A stretch of 10,526 nt of DNA, from the NCBI GenBank assembly GCA_016839445.1, contig JAEOUG010000122.1, positions 1 to 10,526 of the forward strand, given 5' to 3'. Shown here piece after piece: positions 1 through 6,002 of the stretch (positions are counted from its first letter, which is position 1; every line of letters begins with the position of its first letter). The notes under the pieces were generated by a model. The model ran no database searches and was not told the origin of the DNA. It saw only the letters and a list, made by a program, of their open reading frames with translations. A program made the position numbers and the translations under genes. The stretch comes from Candidatus Thorarchaeota archaeon (lineage in GTDB: Archaea > Asgardarchaeota > Thorarchaeia > Thorarchaeales > Thorarchaeaceae).

Positions 1-2
1 AG

Positions 3-350
3 AACAAGGCCTATGTCGAATCGGCTAGGGCCATTGGAGCCTCAGACACATACATCATGTTCCGACACATCCTCCCGAATGTTACGCCGATCCTATTTGC
101 TAACATCACGCTGGGAGTTGTCGGCGCCATCCTCTCTGAGGCTGGTCTGTCCTTCCTTGGTCTGACTGATCCTGAGGATCCGAGCTGGGGTCGCATGCTC
201 GCAGACGCCCGAACTGGTGGTGCTTTCACCACGGGTGCCTGGTGGGTTGTGCTGTTCCCGGGTCTGATGATCACGATGCTATCGTTGGCGTTCACTTTCG
301 TCGGCCATACGTTAGACCAGGTTCTCAACCCGCGATTGCGAGAGAGATAG
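3..350 (+). CDS. dppC: ABC peptide/nickel transporter permease, DppC/OppC family (5'-truncated by window edge)
   Basis: The frame is open from position 3 (NKAYVESARAIGASDTYIMFRHILPNV), so it extends upstream of the ORF-track start at 57. It contains the EAA loop, EAGLSFLGL, PSWGRML, WWVVLFPGL and C-terminal LNPRLR, all typical of DppC/OppC. Stop TAG 348-350. Confidence 0.93.
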   Translation, partial: NKAYVESARAIGASDTYIMFRHILPNVTPILFANITLGVVGAILSEAGLSFLGLTDPEDPSWGRMLADARTGGAFTTGAWWVVLFPGLMITMLSLAFTFVGHTLDQVLNPRLRER

Positions 351-361
351 ACACTAGAATA

Positions 362-420
362 AGGGCAAGGAGACCGTTGTCTCCTTCCCTCTTCCCTTCT
401 TTTTCCCCTGTTTTCCCTTC
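362..420 (+). terminator. Hairpin plus pyrimidine tract after dppC
   Basis: Stem AAGGAGAC (367-374)/GTCTCCTT (379-386), loop CGTT, extendable by AGGG/CCCT. Followed by a ~30-nt C/T tract (391-420). Confidence 0.7.
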
Positions 421-440
421 ATCGGCCTTGAGCACTACGC

Positions 441-511
441 TTATTAGGAGCTGAATACCTAGTCAGACTAGGCATTGGTACTTAGTGACACTAGGTACTG
501 CAATGGAGTGA
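441..511 (+). promoter_or_regulatory. Putative dppB promoter region: TATA-like box, two tandem 19-bp palindromes, RBS
   Basis: TTATTA 441-446; palindromes TACCTAGTCAGACTAGGCA 456-474 and TACTTAGTGACACTAGGTA 479-497; GGAGTGA 505-511 before ATG 519. Confidence 0.6.
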
Positions 512-518
512 GTCTGAA

Positions 519-1580
519 ATGGGACTTCGTGAATACATCATTCGCCGAAGCATCTACATGTTCCTCCTAGTGGTGGCTGTAGTCTGCTTCAACTTCTTCC
601 TGTTTCGGCTTCCTACATTCTTGTTCGGGGCGAGCCCTGTTAGCCTCATGCTCAGTGATGAGCTGCGCAGAAATCTGACCCAGGACCTCCTGGAGCAGAT
701 GTATGCCAACTTCGGACTAGTGCCTGACCCAGACATCTTTGACTGGATCTACATGTTCTGGCGCTATCTTGTGAGCATGTTCACTGGCAACTTCGGGCTG
801 TCGTTCCTGTACCAGCGACCCGTGATGACCCTCATTGTGGAGAGGCTGCCCAACACACTTCTGCTGATGGGCACATCCTCAATGGTTTCAATCCTTCTCG
901 GCATCTGGACCGGCGTGAAAGTCGCGGCGGACCCGGGATCAAGAAAGGATGTGGGCGCGGTCACGGTCGCGCTGTTCATCTATGCGTTACCGGTATTCTG
1001 GTTAGGGATGATGCTGCTGCTGATCTTTGGCTTCATGTTACCTGAATGGACCGACGCCATGTGGGGTGTCCGAATCGGATTCCCGCAGTTCGGAACAATC
1101 AGCTATGACGTCTGGGAGGCGGCGCGGACGAACCCATTCGGAGCGCTAATGGTGGCAGGGGATATTCTACATCACTTATTCCTGCCCATGATCACACTTG
1201 GTGTGGGCGGCTATGGTGGCTACTTCCTGTACATGCGTAACAACTTGATTGATGTTATGACGGAAGACTATATCCTCACAGCGCGAGCCAAGGGTCTGGA
1301 CGAGAATCAAGTGCTCTACAAGCACGGCATGAAGAACGCGATGCTGCCCATGGTCACGATCATTGCGATGACCTTTGGGTTCTTGATAAACGGAGCGACG
1401 CTTACAGAAACGGTGTTCACGTGGCGAGGGTTAGGGCGGTTCATCTTTGACAGCTTACTGCTGATGGACTATCCGGTGATCCAAGCCATATTCATGATCA
1501 TCGCGATAACGGCGATCCTAGCGAACTTCGTGGCGGACTTGTTGTACGGAGTACTCGATCCCCGAATCAAGTACGGATGA
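519..1580 (+). CDS. dppB: ABC peptide/nickel transporter permease, DppB/OppB family
   Basis: YIIRR N-terminus, GNFGLSF, ERLPNTLLL, LPVFWLG, HLFLP, EAA loop DYILTARAKGL, TETVFTWRGLG, DYPVIQA, DLLYGVLDPRI. Confidence 0.95.
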   Translation: MGLREYIIRRSIYMFLLVVAVVCFNFFLFRLPTFLFGASPVSLMLSDELRRNLTQDLLEQMYANFGLVPDPDIFDWIYMFWRYLVSMFTGNFGLSFLYQRPVMTLIVERLPNTLLLMGTSSMVSILLGIWTGVKVAADPGSRKDVGAVTVALFIYALPVFWLGMMLLLIFGFMLPEWTDAMWGVRIGFPQFGTISYDVWEAARTNPFGALMVAGDILHHLFLPMITLGVGGYGGYFLYMRNNLIDVMTEDYILTARAKGLDENQVLYKHGMKNAMLPMVTIIAMTFGFLINGATLTETVFTWRGLGRFIFDSLLLMDYPVIQAIFMIIAITAILANFVADLLYGVLDPRIKYG

Positions 1581-1597
1581 AGTGAACAGGACCCGTA

Positions 1598-1637
1598 GGT
1601 CCGGGAGCTCAGGCTCCTGGGCCCACTCCTTTCTTTT
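1598..1637 (+). terminator. GC-rich hairpin plus pyrimidine tract after dppB
   Basis: GGTCCGGGAGC (1598-1608)-TCAG-GCTCCTGGGCC (1613-1623), 11 bp with two G-U pairs, then CTCCTTTCTTTT. Confidence 0.65.
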
Positions 1638-1766
1638 GTGTGATACCCATTGCAGAGGACTCACTGCTGGTTGCGTGCAGTTGTGAATACAGCAACCGTT
1701 CGGACATTCAGTAATCTACCGCAACGGCTCTGCAAATCCACCTAGAGCGTGCTTGCGAATTGAGTC

Positions 1767-1831
1767 TTTTATCGTTAGGAAGAGCAAGGTACACATCCAA
1801 TTTCGACTTGGAGTTAGGAGATAGAGAAACA
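1767..1831 (+). promoter_or_regulatory. Promoter/5' leader of SBP copy 1 (TATA-like box, 5' hairpin, purine-rich RBS region)
   Basis: TTTTAT 1767-1772; hairpin TCCAA-TTTCGAC-TTGGA 1796-1812; AGGAGATAGAGA before TTG 1832. The same elements recur before copy 2, with identical box-to-hairpin spacing. Confidence 0.65.
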
Positions 1832-3700
1832 TTGCTTACTGATAGGAAGAAAAGAATCCTAGCACTCACGCTAGTTGCGACCTTTGTCTTCATGGCAGTG
1901 TCTCCAGCCATTGTGTCTGTAGACGCAGCTTTCTCAAGTGACCTAAATGTGGGTCCATATGTTGACAAGATCGTCTTCAAGGTGATTGCCAACCAAGATC
2001 AGAGGATTCTTGCACTCCAGGCCGGTGAGATCGAATTCGACAATAGCTTCTTTGATCCAGTTCATCTCCCCGTTTTGGATGCAGACCCTGATATCGACAT
2101 CTTCAGCGCTCTACGTTTCGGCTATGGTCATATCACGATAAACTGTCGTGACTACCCACTGAACATCAGTGGCTTCAGGAGGGCTTTTGCATTTGCCTTC
2201 GATAAGACACGAGTGACAGTGGAGATTCTTGACGGCTTCTCCCAAGAGCATGACTCAATTGTGCCATACCCGAACGGCTGGTGTATCGAAGATGAACTAC
2301 CCTACCACTACTACACCTCACAGCCAGATACTGGGAACCACATCCTCGATGTCCTTGGCTTTGATATTGATCCGGTGACTGGCTTTCGGAACGCTCCGGA
2401 CGGCTCACCATTCAATGTCGTTGTCGAGTACTCGTCTTCCTCCCCTGAGATTGCAGGTGGCACAGCACAGATTGGTGTGGACGCCCTTCACTTGCTCCAT
2501 GTCAACGCTGAGACCCGCGCGGCAGACTTCAACGAGTACATCTCCCGGCTGGACAGCCACGGCGATTACGATATGGTCTTCTACGCAAACAACTACCTGA
2601 CAAATGATGTTGACTGGCTCGCACGGCTGTATTGGTCAGAGTATGCTGATGAGCCATACCAGAACCCATGCAACTTCGTCAATGCTTCATACGACGCTTG
2701 GCGTGACCAGCTGCTCTACAGCACAACCTATGAGGAAGTCCAGGAGGCTGCTGCTGCTATGCAGATGATTCTGCACGAGAACGTGCCTCGTCTGGTTGCA
2801 TACGAGAACACCTACATGCAGGGCTACAGAAACGATGTCTTCACTGGACACGTTGAGGATCTTGCCTACTACATTTCAGGTCGTTGGACCATGAGGAAGA
2901 TCCACAGAATCGACGGCGTACCTGGTGGGACAGTTCCCGTGGCGATTAGTCAGGAGCCTGACAGCTTCAACATATTCACCACGAACTCCGCGTACTCTGC
3001 GGCAATCCTGAACAACCTGTGGCCTCAGCTGTACATGTACTCGCCAGACCTGACCCCGTGGCCAGATCTTGCTGAGAACCTGGTCACTGAGACGCATTCC
3101 ACTAACCCCGACGTACCAGTTGGGCACACCAGGTTCATTGTGGATGTGATCCAGAATGCGACTTGGAGTGATGGAACACCAATCACCGCGGAGGATGTTG
3201 CCTTCACCTTCACGTATGCCTTCGAGAGCGGGCCGTACGGTAACCCCGCGGCTGCCACTCTGACGGATCTCGTTGCGGCATATGCTCCGACGCCTTTCAG
3301 GGCCATTCTGGAGTTCGGCACTGAGTCGTACTGGCACTTCTCGAACTTCGCCTTCCTCAGTATCATCCCGAAGCACATCTTCAACGATATTGACGGAATC
3401 GGCTATGCAGGTTGGAACACCTGGAACCCAGTGTTCGATCCAGCCGAGCCCAACGTGAACGCTGGTCCATTCACGTTCACGGACCTGGAAGCTGGTGAGT
3501 TTTACGAGATCACAGCCAACCCCGACTTCTATTACTACCCACAGGAAGACACTTCCACTGGGACTGGCACTGGAACCGGGACTGGTACAGGTACTGGAAC
3601 CGGCACAACCTTCAACGCCATGCTGGCCATTGTGGCTGGTGCCGTGGGTGCAGCTGTAGTGATCCTCGTCGGTGGCTTCGTGCTGCTCAGGCAGAAGTAG
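1832..3700 (+). CDS. dppA: ABC transporter substrate-binding protein, family 5 (OppA/DppA-like), copy 1; signal peptide, apparently circularly permuted core, Thr-Gly linker, C-terminal TM anchor
   Basis: Motifs ALQAGEI, PLNISGFRRAFAFAFDK, EPDSFN, WPDLAE, WSDGTPITAEDVAFT, IIPKHIF, AGPF. The start is reassigned from 1760 to TTG 1832 because protein similarity to copy 2 begins around here, an RBS precedes it and a Sec signal (MLTDRKKR+hydrophobic+VDA) follows. 622 aa. Confidence 0.92.
   Translation: MLTDRKKRILALTLVATFVFMAVSPAIVSVDAAFSSDLNVGPYVDKIVFKVIANQDQRILALQAGEIEFDNSFFDPVHLPVLDADPDIDIFSALRFGYGHITINCRDYPLNISGFRRAFAFAFDKTRVTVEILDGFSQEHDSIVPYPNGWCIEDELPYHYYTSQPDTGNHILDVLGFDIDPVTGFRNAPDGSPFNVVVEYSSSSPEIAGGTAQIGVDALHLLHVNAETRAADFNEYISRLDSHGDYDMVFYANNYLTNDVDWLARLYWSEYADEPYQNPCNFVNASYDAWRDQLLYSTTYEEVQEAAAAMQMILHENVPRLVAYENTYMQGYRNDVFTGHVEDLAYYISGRWTMRKIHRIDGVPGGTVPVAISQEPDSFNIFTTNSAYSAAILNNLWPQLYMYSPDLTPWPDLAENLVTETHSTNPDVPVGHTRFIVDVIQNATWSDGTPITAEDVAFTFTYAFESGPYGNPAAATLTDLVAAYAPTPFRAILEFGTESYWHFSNFAFLSIIPKHIFNDIDGIGYAGWNTWNPVFDPAEPNVNAGPFTFTDLEAGEFYEITANPDFYYYPQEDTSTGTGTGTGTGTGTGTGTTFNAMLAIVAGAVGAAVVILVGGFVLLRQK
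3557..3604 (+). repeat. (Thr-Gly)8 coding repeat, ACN-GGN hexamers
   Basis: act ggg act ggc act gga acc ggg act ggt aca ggt act gga acc ggc; third codon positions vary. Confidence 0.9.
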
Positions 3701-3709
3701 TATAACCCA

Positions 3710-3749
3710 AAACAGGGGAACCTCTCCCCTGTTTCTTCTTCTTTTTCTC
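3710..3749 (+). terminator. Hairpin plus pyrimidine tract after SBP copy 1
   Basis: Perfect 10-bp stem AAACAGGGGA (3710-3719)/TCCCCTGTTT (3725-3734), then CTTCTTCTTTTTCTC. Confidence 0.8.
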
Positions 3750-3916
3750 ACCTACAATATGCAATCGCGTGACACCAATCCATCCAGATTTGCCGAAAAT
3801 ACTTGGCAATATTGCATCTGAGATTTACTTCGCTGTTCTATTTTTTTATTCGATGAATGGATGAATATTCGTTCAACGTGTAGGTGCCCACACAACGAGA
3901 CCGCGATACACAATGC

Positions 3917-3984
3917 TTTTATTCGCCTCAAGTAAACGAACAGCATCCGAATTCGACTCGGAGCGGAAAGGAGATAGAGAGAAA
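3917..3984 (+). promoter_or_regulatory. Promoter/5' leader of SBP copy 2
   Basis: TTTTAT 3917-3922; hairpin TCCGA-ATTCGAC-TCGGA 3946-3962; AGGAGATAGAGA before TTG 3985. Confidence 0.65.
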
Positions 3985-5853
3985 TTGCTAACTGATCGTA
4001 ACAAGCGAATCATAGCATTCACTTTCGTTGCGGCCTTCGTTTTCATGGCAGTATCACCAGCACTTGTAACTACTGCTGATGCTGCATTTCCAAGTGATCT
4101 AAACGTAGGCCCATACGTTGACAAGTTTGTCTTCAAAGTGATTGCTAACCAAGATCAGAGGATTCTCGCACTCCAAGCCGGTGAAATCGAAATGGACAAT
4201 AGCTTCTTTGATCCAGTTCATCTCCCCGTTTTGGATGCAGACCCTGATATCGACATCTTCAGCGCACTCAGAAATGGATATGGTCACATCACCATTAACT
4301 GCCGTGACTACCCACTGAACATCAGCGGCTTCCGCAGGGCATTTGCCTATGCATACGACAAGACGCGAGTCACAGTGGAAATCATGGACGGTTTCTCACA
4401 GGAGCAGGACTCCCTTGTGCCATACCCGAACGGCTGGTGCATTGAGGACGACATGCCATACCACTACTACACTGCTCAGGTTGACATTGGCAACAGGATT
4501 CTTGACCGCCTTGGCTTCGACATAGACCCAGTGAGCGGCTTCAGGAATGCTCCTGATGGTTCACCATTCAATGTCGTCATTGAGTACGCATCCTCCTCAC
4601 CGGAGATTGCAGGCGGTACGGCCCAGATTGGTGTCGATGCTCTGCTTGACCTTCACGTCAACGCTGAGACCCGCGCAGCAGACTTCAACGAGTACATCTC
4701 CAGGCTGGACAGCCATGGCGATTACGACATGGTCTTCTTCGCTCTGAACTTCGGCAGCAACGACGTTGACTGGCTGGCACGCGAGTACTGGTCCGAGAAC
4801 GCTGACGTTCCCTACCAGAACCCATGCAACTTCGCCAACGCATCCTACGATGCCTGGCGCAACCAGCTGCTCTACAGCACAACCTACGAGGACATCTATG
4901 AGGCATCCTACAACATGCAGATGATTCTCATGGAGAACGTTCCACGTCTTGTTGTGTACGAGAACACCTACATGCAGGGTTACAGAAACGATGTCTTCAC
5001 TGGACACGTTCCCGACCTTGGTAGCTACATCTCAGGTCCCTGGACATTCAGGAAGATCCACAAGATTGACGGAACTCCAGGCGGCACTGTCCCAATTGCT
5101 ATCAGTCAGGAGCCTGACAGCTTCAACATCTTCACAATCACCTCTGCCTACTCAATCGCAATTGCTGAGGAACTGTGGCCCAGTCTGTACAAGTACTCAC
5201 CTGACCTGACCCCATGGCCAGAGCTTGCTGAGAACCTGGTGACAGACACTCATGACACCAACCCCGACGTCCCAGTCGGACACACTCGATTCACAATTGA
5301 CATCATCCAGAACGCAACCTGGAATGATGGCACTCCCCTGACTGCAGAGGATGTGGCATTCACCTACACCTACGCCTTTGAGAGCGGTCCATACGGTAAC
5401 CCCGGTGCGGCTGTTCTTGGCGACCTGGTGGCTGCCTACGCTCCTACTCCATTCAGGGCAATCATCGAGTTTGGTACTGAGTCATACTGGCACTTCTCCA
5501 ACTTCGCGTTCTTCTGGATTATACCCAAGCACATCTTCAATGATGTCGACGGTATCGGATACGCTGGTTGGAACACCTGGAACCCAGTGTTCGATCCCGC
5601 AGAGCCTCACGTGAACTCTGGTCCGTTCACATTCACGGACTACGAGGCCGGTGAGTTCTACGAGATCTCAGCCAACGAGGACTACTTCTACTACCCACAG
5701 GAGACCGAGACCTCAACCGGAACTGGTACTGGAACCGGAACAGGGACCGGAACAACCACAACCTTCAACGCTATGCTGGCCATTGTGGCTGGTGCAGTTG
5801 GTGCAGCTGTGGTCATTCTTGTCGGTGGCTTCGTCCTTCTGAGGCAGAAGTAA
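3985..5853 (+). CDS. dppA: ABC transporter substrate-binding protein, family 5 (OppA/DppA-like), copy 2; tandem paralog of 1832..3700
   Basis: Colinear with copy 1, with the same motifs and architecture. The start is reassigned from 3913 to TTG 3985 (RBS, signal peptide MLTDRNKR...ADA). 622 aa. Confidence 0.92.
   Translation: MLTDRNKRIIAFTFVAAFVFMAVSPALVTTADAAFPSDLNVGPYVDKFVFKVIANQDQRILALQAGEIEMDNSFFDPVHLPVLDADPDIDIFSALRNGYGHITINCRDYPLNISGFRRAFAYAYDKTRVTVEIMDGFSQEQDSLVPYPNGWCIEDDMPYHYYTAQVDIGNRILDRLGFDIDPVSGFRNAPDGSPFNVVIEYASSSPEIAGGTAQIGVDALLDLHVNAETRAADFNEYISRLDSHGDYDMVFFALNFGSNDVDWLAREYWSENADVPYQNPCNFANASYDAWRNQLLYSTTYEDIYEASYNMQMILMENVPRLVVYENTYMQGYRNDVFTGHVPDLGSYISGPWTFRKIHKIDGTPGGTVPIAISQEPDSFNIFTITSAYSIAIAEELWPSLYKYSPDLTPWPELAENLVTDTHDTNPDVPVGHTRFTIDIIQNATWNDGTPLTAEDVAFTYTYAFESGPYGNPGAAVLGDLVAAYAPTPFRAIIEFGTESYWHFSNFAFFWIIPKHIFNDVDGIGYAGWNTWNPVFDPAEPHVNSGPFTFTDYEAGEFYEISANEDYFYYPQETETSTGTGTGTGTGTGTTTTFNAMLAIVAGAVGAAVVILVGGFVLLRQK
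5716..5751 (+). repeat. (Thr-Gly)6 coding repeat
   Basis: acc gga act ggt act gga acc gga aca ggg acc gga, followed by TTTT in the protein. Confidence 0.88.
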
Positions 5854-5863
5854 CCCTAGTTCA

Positions 5864-5900
5864 AACAGGGGATTTTCTCCCCTGTTCCCCCTTTCTTTTT
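5864..5900 (+). terminator. Hairpin plus pyrimidine tract after SBP copy 2
   Basis: 9-bp stem AACAGGGGA (5864-5872)/TCCCCTGTT (5878-5886), the same stem as after copy 1 with a different loop, then CCCCCTTTCTTTTT. Confidence 0.8.
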
Positions 5901-6002
5901 CAAGTGTCACACTCGGACGCAGTCGCAGACTTCATTCATGGCTGATTGCGTTGACGGCAGTCTCTTTAATCAGAAAAGTATGGAATTGCGAGAGACACCA
6001 CA

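Noticed and set aside
1650-1740. tRNA-like cloverleaf (D-arm-like CTGC-TGG...GCAG, nearby CCA)
   Set aside because: There is no 5-bp/7-nt anticodon arm and no correctly placed TTCRA T-loop. It is retained only as a generic structured-element candidate.
1760-1831. 24-aa N-terminal extensions of the SBP ORFs (also 3913-3984), giving identical 646-aa lengths
   Set aside because: The extensions overlap the TATA-like box, hairpin and RBS, and are poorly conserved as protein. TTG 1832/3985 give proper signal peptides.
3557-3604. Short periodic repeats as a possible CRISPR array or VNTR
   Set aside because: They are in-frame ACN-GGN codons encoding a Thr-Gly linker, with no spacers and no cas genes.
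2876-3751. 291-aa minus-strand ORF
   Set aside because: It is the antisense shadow of SBP copy 1 and has no recognisable motifs. The equivalent region of copy 2 is not maintained as one ORF in the track.
1760-5900. ~2.15-kb direct duplication as a mobile element or assembly duplicate
   Set aside because: There is no transposase, terminal repeat or target duplication. The copies differ at many synonymous and non-synonymous sites, consistent with an old tandem gene duplication.
485-5913. Recurring GTGACAC/GTGTCAC heptamer in spacers (485-491, 3769-3775, 5904-5910; GTGATAC 1640-1646)
   Set aside because: It is too short and its position relative to promoters is inconsistent, so it cannot be separated from chance without statistics.
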